From the NCBI GenBank assembly GCA_907165135.1, contig OU015566.1, positions 12,214,001 to 12,278,000 of the forward strand: a stretch of 64,000 nucleotides of DNA, in the 5' to 3' direction. The notes under the pieces are model-generated. The model worked only from the letters and a program-made list of their open reading frames with translations. It had not been told where the DNA came from and did no database searches. The stretch is from Oikopleura dioica. Taxonomy: Eukaryota; Animalia; Chordata. The position numbers and the translations under genes are program-made. This document shows, piece after piece, positions 37,403 to 50,059 of this stretch; position 1 is the first letter of the stretch; each line of letters begins with the position of its first letter.

Positions 37403-38389
37403 TCAGATATTTTTCTTTCCAGGAGCGACAGGGTTTTCTTTCTTTCGCTTTGATTCTAAATGAACCGATCAGAAAAGTTACTTGAAAAGATAAAAATTTA
37501 CCGTAGCGCTTGTAGCTGTAAAGAGGCATAAAAGAGTCGAGGAAACCAACGTCTTCGGTCAGATTCGGAAGAATATAAAGATGATGGCGGCCCAGAGAAA
37601 GAAGCCAAATTGCCCAGTAAATTAGGCTTCGCAAAAGGCAGAGGCCGAGGCAAAGTCCAAGAAAGCCTGTTCCACCAAGGCCAAGATAGTAACCAACTAT
37701 TTTTGGCTCGAAAACGTCTTTGAATACCACTCTTTTCCTTAGAGTCTGGGATTTGATTTTGAGTCCGATCCTTGTCTAGTCTTCTCTGGCCAGATTGGGT
37801 ACATAACAAAAGTCAAAGAACCAAAAATGGCAAGTATGGCATACAATAAATCGTATCGACTTGGCGGGTGATAGTTCCACATGTAAAACTCCTCGGCCGA
37901 ATCTAAAATTTGTCTTACATACAGCATGCTTCATGAATCGTTAAAATTTTACCTTCAAAGGGTGGTTGCTCTTCGACATTCAATAAGAGTCTATATTTTT
38001 TCTTCGATAACTGCTTTTTCGATATATTTTCTTTAGTAATCTTGTACTCTTTATGGACGCGGAGAAAAGTCCCAAGCGACATGATAAAACTAATAACGGC
38101 TATGCAGTTTTCTCGCGATTGAAATCCATTTGGACGTCCCCAAATTTCGCTTTCCATAATTGCATCTATAATTTGCTTGCCACTAAAGTACTCGACCTGG
38201 CCATCTAGATTTTCAATTTTCTTCCCGGTATTAGCTTCGAAAAACTTGAGAAACAATTAATTGAAATGCAGTACCTCTGACAGACGCTCTCTTGTATTTG
38301 AAGCTGTAGCGAAGCCAGTACATCATCTGCTCTTGTCTTTTGTTCATTTTGTACTCATCCGTATTTTCTTGCCCTTCGTTTTCTGTCAT
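37403..38389 (-). CDS. SEC62: Translocation protein SEC62
   Basis: VEYFSGKQIIDAI, YMWNYHP, TM..MYPIWP, VGYYLG, RHHLYILPNLTEDVGFLDSFMPLY. The spliced C-terminus ends GKKNI*, a dilysine-type motif. Confidence 0.95.
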
Positions 38390-38571
38390 TTTTAAACCTT
38401 TCTCTCGATGAAATGATGACATTGGATTAAAATAAATGATCGTTATTGAAATTGCTCTAGAGAAAATAGACCAATTTTTTGACTTTATATTACATCTGTA
38501 TTGGTATGAGACTGTTACAGTGGTGAATATAGGATTTCGTTTGGCAGTAAATAAAAAAAAATGATTTACAG

Positions 38572-40964
38572 TTATCTTTGGTCCGTATTTAAAATATCTT
38601 GAACTTGAGAATTGAGCGAGGAGAGCTCCCTCTTGACTGGTTCTAAATGTTCTTCTAAAAATTCTGCTATCGTGTCGTAATAATAGATGTCTATAAACAG
38701 CTAGGTGGAGGGTTTTGATTTGATTTTACCTTGAAGATTTTCTTCTATCGCTTTTTTATGCTTTTCAATCTGCGTGAGTTGTACAGTTACTGCAAGTTTT
38801 ATATCTTTGATAGGCATAACATCTGCTATCGTTTCTTTCGTGTGGTATTCGGTTAAATAAAGTTTTATCTAAAAAAAAAGGTTGGTAAATATTTCAAAGT
38901 GAGATTCGCCTTACGTTTTTGCCCTCAAGTACTCGCCGGGCATCATAAAGCTGATTTTCTAAATTTTGAACTGCGAGCCAAGCTTTGCTTCCTGGAAATT
39001 CACCGCCGACGGGAGGGAGCGGTCTGGGCCAGGACATGTCTGGTAAGGCGCCTCCTCGGAGACCGATGGCTTTGGCAGCGTTGTAGGTTGTCAGGGTCGA
39101 TATTTCTCCAGCTGAAAAATAAATATCTGATACCCTTTTGGTTAAGATTACCTTTCATTCCGATGAGACAAGAAATCATGCTGGGGATACAAACTGGAAG
39201 CAGTTCTGAGAGACTACTCGAATGATGACTTCGAGAGTTTCCCATAATTACTGTCCCTTTTACTGGAACGCGTTTTTGAGAAACTGTTTTGGCGAGATTG
39301 AGGATTTCGTTGATGTTTTTCACGTGTTCCATGATATTAGGAATTGACCGACTTTCAATGGTTCATATTATTCTTCAGCTAAATTATTAGTAACATTTTC
39401 GAACCGTTCCTAGAATGGGCTGTTCCCTTGAACGATCCAGCAAGAAAAACGCCGGGGAAGAGTCTCCCGAAATCAGGTAATGCCAGGTCGTCGAAATCAA
39501 GATTCTTGTCCTTGTATGACTCCATCATTATATAAACATTTTTGTGAACGCCGGAAAGAGCCAGAGCTTCTTGTGGGACGGTCATCAGAATGTTGCCCCA
39601 AATTATGACATTCTTGTGGGTCCGCGACTTTACTTGATCAACGAGTCGAGCGACGTAGTCAAGGTATAATTCTTGTGGACTTTTTTCATGTCTTTTTCAG
39701 GGTTGAAAGATTTTTGTGTCCGTCGAAGACTTTGGAGTGTATTGAACCCTTTTCCTATGCATCCACTGTTTCGCTAAAAGTGACCAACCAAGCATTTCCG
39801 GCTCTCTGGCTCCAATATGAATAAACTTTGAATTCGGATGCAGCTCGGCTACTTGCTCAGCCAACTGCGCTGCGATGATTTCCGAGCCTTCATGCAAAGG
39901 AGAGATCATTTCTGAGAAATGGCTCATTTCTCTGTACTTTTTGAAACTCTGGTCTTTGAGTAAAAAGTCCAGATCATCGAAGAGAGAGATGTATGGGATA
40001 ACTGTCAAGTTGTTGTTGCTTGCTGCCGTGTTGATGCGCTTTATGTCATCAACAGAATAGGAAAACTGCTTGCTCTTGATCTTTTCGAAATCGCCAGAAA
40101 ACGGGAAAGAATCTTCGTATTCGATGATGAGTCCAGTTGCGCCCCATTCCGCGATCTTTGCGAAAAGCTCCTCCAAATAGGATGGTTTCATTGGAGCACC
40201 TTTCAGGTCGATGTGAACGAGTCGTTCAGAGTTTAGTGGATCGAAGTTTTGTGGCTTAGAAATAACTTCGTTGATGATATCAAAACTGAGGTCTGTATCC
40301 TTTTGTTTCTCAAAGCTCAAGTCTTGCGGTGACTTGGGCTTTGGGACTACCGCTTCTTCTGGATTTTGTTCCATTTCCCACGATGCAGGGAGAGCTTCTT
40401 CTTCATTTTCGAACGACAATTCTCCTCGTTTTTGATCGGCTTTCGCTTTGATTTCATCCCACGAAAGATCATTCACTGGCTGTGAATTTTGCTGGTTTGA
40501 AAGCTCTTCGAGTTCCTTGAGCTGTTCTTCTGCCGAAGGCTGATCGGGGTAGAGAACATGATCTGGCCCTTTGTTTGTTTCGATTGGTGAGAGGTCTGGA
40601 AGCTTTGGAATCGCGTATTCTGGCTGGGGAATGTGCCCGATAAATTCAAGCTCTTCGATCGTTGCTTCATTGAGTCGGTTTTTTTGTTCAAAATATTTCT
40701 CCAGCCAGTTGTAAGTGAACAAAGTCATGGCAATGGCGGTAATAACGATTCCGAAGAAAAATTGACGGATTGTGTCTGAATTTAAAACGTTAGAATGCTT
40801 CTAAATGATTCCTAAAAGAATTCTAGAGCGTGTTTTCTAAATGGCATTGAAAGGCTTTGCACTGAGCTAGTTGAACGTGATTGATATTTTGACTTTTGCG
40901 AGGTAACTCCGTGGAGCGTGAGCTGAGTCACAACTTACATAAATTCACCGTCCCCATTTTTCAT
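38572..40964 (-). CDS. Hexosaminidase D-like (GH20) type II membrane protein with degenerate active site
   Basis: N-terminal TM FFFGIVITAIAMTLFTY, acidic stem, RLVHIDLKGAP, GATGLIIEYEDSFPF, LHPNSKFIHIGAREP, GSFKG, ELLPVCIPS. Confidence 0.88.
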
Positions 40965-41707
40965 TGTTTTCTTTTTCGCTCTCCAAGATTCCGGCTCAGA
41001 TCAACTTCAACAATCTCTGCATTTTCCTTTCAGAGACATAAAAAACGAAGATTTGAAGATTTCTATTAACAAAAATAGAACTTGTGAATGGCGTGACCGC
41101 GGGCAAAGTTGCGTTAGAAATTTTTCGCCGAGGAGGAAGGGCTGGAGCTGAGAAAATCGTCGAGAAAACCGCGAAACGGTTATGCACCTGTATGATAGGT
41201 TGTACAGGCAGGGTTTGATGGTTACTGCAAGAATAATGCCTGTTGAAGGCGTCTTAATTTTTCTGCAAGGCGGAGCTGGTAGAGTTGAGTTTCAAAAAAG
41301 CGCATCAAAAACCCTTCTAAGTTCCTCTGGAATGTACTGTGTGCTTATCATGATGTACTTTTTATTCTTGACAATGACCGCCAATTTCTACATCCTCCTC
41401 GTCGTAATGCGTCTCACAGAAGAAGACGAGCTATACGACCAACTCTAATTAGAACAATTTACCATCAGCAGCACAAAAAATAACATTCTTCACGCAAGCA
41501 ATAAACACAATCCATGTAAAATAAACCATTTGTTATTCCAAAAACCCATAAAGGAATAAAAAAAAACAAGATTTGTTTTTGCAGTATCAATGATGCTCAT
41601 AATCAGTTTATGATCAAGAAGTGGTTCGGAGGACGGTGTCTTTTTACGACGCGAGGCGATTTTTCAAACGGCATTGACAGTCCCTTTCGCTTTTTTAACC
41701 TTTAGCG

Positions 41708-44409
41708 ATGATTTTTTCAAGAGACTATGAGTTTCCAGTGACGGGGAGGACACAGTTGAATGAGAAACCTATAGAGATATTTCCCAAAGAAGTGACTATA
41801 TCGTTCGAACTTCTATTTGATGAAGCTCCTTTCAAGAAGTTCAATATTCTTCACATCAGGCCAAACAATGGCCCCTATATTTTCGACGTAGAATGCTTGG
41901 CTGACGAAGATGGGTTAATTGCTTTTAGCTGCTTCAGGATTTTCTTGAGGTCACAAAAGCGCTCTTTCGAAAGTCTTTTGATTTGACATTTGCGATCTCG
42001 TTAGCAGAGACAAGGCCAATCCGGAGATTGTCACTGATACGTTTTCTGTGTTTCCTGGCGAATGGTTCAAAATCGAATTTTCGCAGTTTATGACAGACTT
42101 GGGCAATGTTCAAAATTTCGGAGTAGTCATTCTTGATTCCGATTATATAGAAAAACATAATTCATTCAGTAATGTATATTTAGTAAACTCCAAAATGAAC
42201 TTTGAAAAGGATACCACTTCACTCTTACCGTAGACGGTCGGGCAGTCTTTGACACAATTCCCAATTCAAATCCCTTCGAATTCACAGGAGTGACGGTTCA
42301 TGCCTCTTTAGATAAGAAAATCCGCCAACCCGTCAAGGTATGCTGCGTTAAATTGGGTGCCAATTTGAACTCAATTAAGATGCGTAACTTTGTTATTGAA
42401 GACACAGAGCGGACAAACTCAGTGTTGGATATGTCGGATCTGGTCTCGGAGACGGCAGATTTGACCTTGACGCGAAGTGCTCAGAGTAAAGACTGTATTG
42501 AAGACCTCCCTTCGGACTTTGAGCATAGTCTGGACAGAGGACATTTGCTAGACATGAATCCTGCTCTTATGGAATGTATCAAAATATATAAGAAACCCTT
42601 CATACCTGCTATCATGTCTTATATATTTTGGATGGAGGGACAATTGTCCGCACACAAGCCATGAGGCGCTGCACTACACCGCGCTACTAGCCAAGAGATG
42701 GGGGCGCAACGGAGCGCGCGCTGATATCAAAATCATCAGCAGGGATCAAAGTCTTTGATTCAAAGAACACTTCTCGTTGTTTTGAATATATTTAAACAAT
42801 ATAATTAAAATATAATTTAAACAAATAATTATTATTTATCCCCTAAACAAAATGATAAGGAATGGAAGCTGCCCGTTACATTCCTTTTCTCGCGCCTTCT
42901 TTCGTTCTGCCAGAATTGGACAGATTTTAATTCTCTTGAACAGATTTTATCAAAAATACAATATCAGAACCTAAGTGCCCCTCACCACGGGGCTTCGCCC
43001 CTTAGGTCCTAAGATGCCGGGGTCTAGTCTAGGGTTACTTAGGGTTACCTGCGGTAACCCTAACTAACCCTAGCCTATCCCCCTCGGGTGAGTTTGTTCT
43101 GTCATTTTGCCCAGTGCCCCCTAACCCTAACCTCAAAAATAGAAAGTACTTTTAGCTAGGATAAGTTCTTATCAGCAAAAGTCTTTATGTCAGCAGATAG
43201 AGGACAGATTTCTATCTCTCTCGGGTGAGTTTGTTCTGTCATTTAACCCTTACCTTTATTTTAGCCAGTACTATTAACTAAAGTTAAATAATAAATAATG
43301 ATAATAATCATGAATATGAATTCTTGATCGAAGCTTTCTTGGGAGCAAAGAGAGTTTCAATTTGGCGCGGCTCACTCTCGAGCGCTACTTATTGAGGTGT
43401 AGTAGCGCGGTGTGGTAGCGCTGCCTATGGCTTGTGTGCGGACAATTGTCCCATCTCCCATATATTTTGACACGCAAAAAGTCTACGCTAATTACCCCGA
43501 AAAAGAGAAAAGCTCCTCAACCACCTGCAACTGCGAATGAAACTGTTGACGCTCCGAAATCAAAGTCTGTTAGTAACGAGTTCGAGCCGTTTCAAGAAGC
43601 TGGAATGACGATTCTCGAGCCACCAGAAGATGATGACAAGGAGGAGGAAGTTTTCTCTGATACCAAGGTAAATTGACCACTTTGGTAGATAAGGACTGAT
43701 TTATTGATTCCTAGCAAACGGACGCTTCTTCTATCGCAAATGATAGTGCTCAGTCGCCAAACAGAAGCACTGATGCTTCAGCAACACCAAGTAACAGTAG
43801 CCTTCCCTTCGTTCTAGACCCTGACATGGATAGTGCTACTCGTGAATTGATCCTGTCGCTTCTGGAAGAGGATGAAGTCCGCGAACCAAGACCACCACCA
43901 GGAAGAGACACTAGACCAAGCCTACCGTTGGACTCTCTCGTTCCGCCTCCCTCTCAACGACTTTCTGAAAGACGATCTGAGCCAAGCCCTTCTTATCACC
44001 AACCAAGAAAGCAATCTGAAACGATCGTTTCTCCCGATCGAAAGCGAATGACAATCGGATCAGCTCCTGAAGCGCTTTCAAGGGAATCAAAGCACACTCG
44101 TGTCAGACGACTCAGGCATTGGTTCTAAGAAATTACAGAACTAAAGTACAAGTTACAGTATTCTGAACCAATTGCAAGTCGCTCCCCATCGCCTGAGCAT
44201 CCACTGCTAACGGAACAAAACTCGCGGGACGAAAAAGAACTGATAGACCAATTTATAGCGGTAAGAAGCAGTTTTAAAAGGAACAAACAAGAAGACTTGT
44301 TTAGATGGGCTTTGAAAGGCGAGACATCTCTTCCGCTCTATTCTCCTGCCGCGGGAACGCCGAGAAGACGCTTGATGTTTTAATCAATCTCAGATATCAT
44401 GAGTTTTAG
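41708..44409 (+). CDS. Hypothetical protein: beta-rich N-terminal domain, disordered middle, C-terminal UBA domain
   Basis: Series of + strand exons. Ends ELIDQFIA|MGFERRDISSALFSCRGNAEKTLDVLINL (UBA MGF motif), TAG at 44407. Confidence 0.75.
42630..43459. mobile_element. Mutator-like non-autonomous element in an intron of the UBA gene
   Basis: Perfect 9-bp TSD ATATATTTT (42621-42629 and 43460-43468). TIR of about 60 bp containing GGGACAATTGTCCGCACACAAGCCAT. Confidence 0.88.
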
Positions 44410-45011
44410 ACGCAATTAACTTGTCACTGAATGATTTTTTCTACAACTGAAAACTGAATACATTTTCTATAAAGAACCATTCTTCCTTGATTTCAGGGAC
44501 AAAAATTTAAAGTTGTAAATATTTCAAGGAAAAGGTCACAATATTTTGTCGATCTGAACTTTCGGCCCTTCCTCTATAAAAACCAATGGAAAATTTCAAT
44601 GGTCAGCATCATCAATCTTGCAAATAGACAGTTCTCCTACAAGCCAAGAACTTACAGCTTTTCCAACATCTTTGAAAGTCAAAATCGCTCGGTAAATATG
44701 ACAAGCACCCATGACCGTATTTTTTGAGAATCAGACAGTTGTCCAACTCACAGGATTTTCCTCTAGTGATTGGACATTCGAATGACATTGCAAATAACAG
44801 CGGATTTGAGATGCAGTTAAAAGAAAGGCGAGAGCACAAGTATTTGCCTGCTAATTCAGAGCATTATTTGCTCAGCCATTCCGCTGGTTAAAGGGCTTCG
44901 AAATTTGCAACGAATATCTTGTCTATCGTGAAATTTAATTCATCCGAAAGAGAGGGACTCTACTCTTGCCAGGGAAATAATCAAAGAGAATAGAAAGAAA
45001 AGAAAAGAAAG

Positions 45012-45803
45012 ATGGGAGGCAGTTCGAGCAAGAAAAAGAAATCAAAAGCGAATAATGAGGTAATTACGGATAACATGATTTATAGATCGCTCAGGTGCTT
45101 GATAAAATAATAAATCACTAAAACATTTGTGTGTGAAAAATTTACCGTATAAATATGTCTAAGTTTGACGCAAATAGCACCTCTTTATCGACCCATTATC
45201 ATTATGCAAGACGCTGTATAAATTATTCCTCGAATATCTTATTTTTTTCTATAAAGATCTTTTAATTATTCGTATTGACGCTCGAAACCCTTCTGTTTTA
45301 CGCAAACTCATCGAACCGGTAATAATTGCCGATAAAGAGATACCAGTATCTATATCAAATATACCAAGGTATCAAAAAGCATCAAAAATTCAGGAAATGG
45401 AGCAACCACCAGCTTCGGCTAAAAACCATCAAGCAGCTCCTGGGACTCCGCAATTGACCGTCAATGAAAGAAGCGTTGATGACCAAACTTACGAACAGCA
45501 AGTGCAGAAAGATTTCTATAAGAAATCACGTGAGTCAAGGAAATTGAAAATTTTTTTGATCTAATAAAATTTTAAGCGAAATTCAAGAAAGATTTTGCGA
45601 AGAAAGGCCAAGCCAGGAAAACACCAGCTTATCCTACTGCAGAAGGTCTTTCAGGTAACCGATAATAATCTGAGGCAAAATTCATCTCCTAAGCAGTCGA
45701 TAATGACGCTTCCTGGGCAAACGATGGAAGTGACAATTCTGACGACGAAAAGACGAACTCCTCGGCTAGGACATCAGGATTCCTATCGCCGCCTTCAGAG
45801 TAA
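45012..45803 (+). CDS. Small orphan protein with N-myristoylation motif and polybasic N-terminus (4 exons)
   Basis: MGGSSSKKKKSKANNE|EMEQPP..QKDFYKKS|PKFKKDFAKK..GLS|AVDNDASW..LSPPSE*. Three GT-AG introns join in frame. Confidence 0.75.
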
Positions 45804-47478
45804 ACATGTGTCAAATTCTTCTTCTCATAGCCGCGATTTATGTAATATTTTCTGATCAATCCTGAATACATAAAAAATAACTGTCAATAAATGGTTTCTC
45901 TTGAGAGCATCACGTGCATTCGAGCACCTTGCTTGATCCATGAAAATCTTTCATCTCTTCATATCTTCAAATATTTTGTTCTGACTCTACATAGTATAAT
46001 TCTCTGTATTTGTCTGTTGCGGCTTATCGGATTTGGTCTGTCCAAACTCTTGGCATTCTTGGACGTGGGATTGTTTGCTTCCCACTGTTTTTTTGAAGAT
46101 TCTTCCCAAAATTTGCACTTGATAATGACGTACAGTGTACTTTCTTCTGTACACAAAACTATCTTCTTCGAGAGGTTCACTTGAATATTCAAGCACTTCT
46201 GTGCAAAAGAATAAATTAACGATGCGAACCCAAAAAAGGTTATTTTTGAAGATTTAGATTAAATAATTTATCCCTCGAGTTCATCAAGTTTAACTTCTTT
46301 GGACTGAATAAATTATATGCACTGTATATTAAACTGTATAATACACTGCTTTTTCATTAGAAACGTCTACCAAAAAGTCATCATTTTTGATGAGAAACGT
46401 CTACTGCTGATGAACGCTTCAATGAAACTGCTTGCGTCAACCCCTTCATGAAGAAAGTCACCCGTGTCAAAGAACCGACGTCTTGATACAGTTCCAGGTG
46501 ATTATTACGAGCTCTGGCATCCTCATTTCTGTATCTACGTCAAAGAACAACCTGTCAAGACTCAAGAGGAGCTTCAGGAAAAACCTCCGTTACCTGCTAT
46601 TCCGATGGAACTACTGTAACAATCATAATCCAAGTGCTGACGTGAATAGTTGCCGAGTGATTTAAGAAAATTAAAAATTAATTCGCGTCAGATTATTCAT
46701 TTAAATGCTGACAGCAGCGAGATCGGACTATCGACGAAAATCTTGTCTTGGACAGTGACACTTGACAGAATGAACGTAAATTTCGCTGTCCTACTGTACT
46801 CAAACGGCTCTGACGCGGAACTTGACGTTTTTACAGTCATGAAATCTGACTATCCCGCTCGGGTCTACCGATATTACTGTAAAATTCTCCCTGTATCTTA
46901 TTCTCCTTAGAGTCCGACTTTCAAGACCTTCTCCAGAAGAAGACTTCTTTTTTTTTCATTGTCGAAGGGGGAAAAATTGACGTCAGCGGCACCCGAAAGA
47001 CATTTGTCGACCCTTGAATAATTGAACTGCAGTCAGATTGAAACCACAATCGCCTTCCTGCGCAAACGTTCAGCAATTAAACAAGTTCGAAATTTGCGTC
47101 ATTACTTCTCCGAAAACAACTGTCATCAGCGAAATTAGAAAAACTGGAATCTTTTGCTGCAAAAAAAACTAGATTCTTGGTCTCTTGAAGAAAGGCATCA
47201 GTGTTGCAGATTTCGCCGCGCTCATCCCTTGTTTCAAATTCGGTATTAAAATTTGACGTCATTTTTTTGCGCGCGGCTTCATTACCAAATAGAGATGATC
47301 CTTTTAATCCCCTTTTTCGTTATCGATTTTCATCAGAAATAAATTCCTCCTACAAAGTTCTCGAGTTCACCAAAGCCGCACAAAGAATGCAAGATTAAAT
47401 TCTAGCTTGAAAGAAGTCTGGCCAGTAAGGTTGATCGCTTTCAGAATCGTGAGATTTGAGCGGCGCGGGCGCTAGGCG

Positions 47479-47492
47479 CCACCAGGTGGCAC
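47479..47492 (+). promoter_or_regulatory. CTCF-like core motif
   Basis: CCACCAGGTGGCAC matches the CTCF core consensus CCASYAGRKGGCRS, in a GC-rich patch upstream of CMIP. Confidence 0.35.
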
Positions 47493-50059
47493 TCCCACAC
47501 GATTCTGAAAAGAGAAGAAAAAACGAAGAAAAAAAGCTGCTGTGGCGCGCTGAGCTGAGCAAACTCGCCCAAGCAACAATCAGAAATTCAAATCGCTGAG
47601 TGGATGATAAAACCATTACTTTTTGCAAAAACTTTTTGAAAACATCGAAATCCTTCACTAATTCGACAAATTTACCCAAGAGGAAAGAAAAAGAAGAACA
47701 AGCCAAAACTCAGAGAGAAAAAATTCAAGACTGAAAATTTCAAATCAGAAAATTTCAAACTCGGAAAAGAATCTTCTTGGAAAGGCGGAAATTCCTCAGG
47801 TAAGAAAAGTTTTCAATAAAGCGTAAATGCTAATTTCAAGAAAAAAAATAATAGAGTTAGTAATTTTTACGGGCGCGCTCAGATGTTTGATTTGCGTCAA
47901 TTGTCAGAATCGCTGAGAAACAATAATATGATAAACTTTGGGAAGATTGGGTACTCTTTCATGATTTCAAATCTGATTTTTTTGTGAATTAATTTTGATT
48001 TTAATTGATTAATTTTTGATTTGAGAAAATGACTTTTTTAAAATTTTTCGTGTGAAAATAATTTATGATTTTTTAAAGAAAAATTTATAAAAAAAAACGA
48101 TTAATTTATGAATTAATTATTCGAATAAAAATGAAAATAATTGTATATTAATGAGTTCACTTATATTTTATTCTTTTATATAAATTTTAAAGTAGCTCGG
48201 TTGGGTATTAGAATTGCGTACCAGAGTTGGCTCCATTAAAAATGAGCACCGTTTTTGTTTAAACTTCTTTTGTACTTCTGAGATGAAAGGGTAATTCTGG
48301 AGTGCTTTACGAAAAAATGTTCATAATTGACGTCACTTACGGTCGCTCTGAATTTATCCTTAGGGCATAACTGCTGACTCAGGTCATCTCTTCTCATCCC
48401 TTATCACCATCAGAGCTCGTAACGTTTCAATTAAGGATATAGACCCCAGTAAAGAGATTTTTGTCTGAAGCGATTTTTGCCAAGAGATTTGGGAATTTCC
48501 AGAGACGAGATTTAAGAAAACAAAATTAAAAAAAAGGTGAAGAATTTTAGAAAATCAAAAAACGAAAACACGTGAAAAACAGACCTGGTTGATTCAATGT
48601 GAAAGGAAAATTTGAACAGGTGTCATAAATGCCCTAATTAGTGCACATAAAGTTAGTCTATTAATGTTTGTCTCTCAAGAAAATGTTTCTCGAGGGACGC
48701 CCTTAATCATTTTTATGAGATTTTATGCGATTTGGTCATTTTTCTTGGAGATGAAATTTAAAAAATAGAGTTGAAAAATTGTTTATAATCCTAAAACAAC
48801 TTTGTCAGAGTTTTTTGGCCGAAGATTATACAGAAAACGCCCATTTTAATCCACGTGACACTCGGTACTACACGTGGAAGTCCCTGTGGGCAATCTTATC
48901 ACTAGCATAGCTACTGCATGCATAGCAACATCAGTACAAGTATTTACTGAAACAAAAAAACTAGGCCGACCCAGATTTTCTTACGAAATCAACCGGTAAA
49001 AATTGTCTGAAAAAACGCAACTGTCTAAATTATCGAGGCTGAACTAAAAAGGGAGACTGACCGTCAAGAATGCAAAAATTGCCCAGATTAACAATCCTAC
49101 AAATTGAGTGTAGACTAACAGACAGTGGGAAGAAACTTAAACGAAAGTAAACGATTAAACTTAGCTGAATTAACAGCGCAGAAAATCACCTTTGAAACTT
49201 GGCGAATATCTGACCAAGCGAGTCCGGAATTTCCGGAAACGTTTTTTTTTTAATGAGTCTGAAGAATGCATTGTGAGAAACACTGTATTGTCAGGCAGCA
49301 GTTTGTCAGATCAGAATGAACTGTTAAAAAGTTCAAATTTTGATATGCCCGTAAGGTGCATAATTTCACCGAATTCAGTCTTGTCTGGTCACCGCATTTC
49401 AAAAATCTTTAGAAAACTTAAGATTAGTAGGTAATCATCCTTTCTTGTTGATCCTTGATTTGAAATAGATGAAAAGTGCAAGCTAAAAATAGTAATTTTG
49501 CAAGTGATTGAACTGCTGATTGACCGGGCCGGTCCGAGGGGAAATCTAAAGCAAAGTCTGACATGCAGATTACCCAAAAGCAGCGGACTGTAATTACTTG
49601 TCACTTTAATCAAAGCAAGCCTAAAGTAGACTTTGGATTTAGCTTTTTTGCGTTAGGGTTATGTAAGATCAATTATCTTAGATAACTTGTCTCTCTTGAC
49701 AATTTTCAATGTTACACTGGAATAGATAGACTTTTCTCCTATCTACCATTTTTCTGGGTTATTCTTCATCGCGTAAATATTATGTACGAGCGTCGTTGAC
49801 GATTCTGATAGGTGAGAAACGCAGCCCTTTTTGATAATATCGAGTAATTAATAGGCGGAAGTTGTATTTTTGTCATCAAAACTGGTATTTTTATCGTCCT
49901 CTTCTTCGCCCATCGTTTCATTTTTTTCTTTCCAAAAGTGTTGCAGCTACTATCTTCTCTTGACGCTAAGCTAGCGATGACCTTCTATAAAATATTTAAC
50001 AGGTGCTTAATAACTCATTAGTATTTAAGGTATTGCGAGGTTTGACGGGCTATGGGCCG

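Noticed and set aside
44612-44839. Cys-rich minus-strand ORF
   Set aside because: No start or signal exon found and no recognisable Cys pattern.
45891-47262. Scattered short ORFs
   Set aside because: No coherent spliced model or motif.
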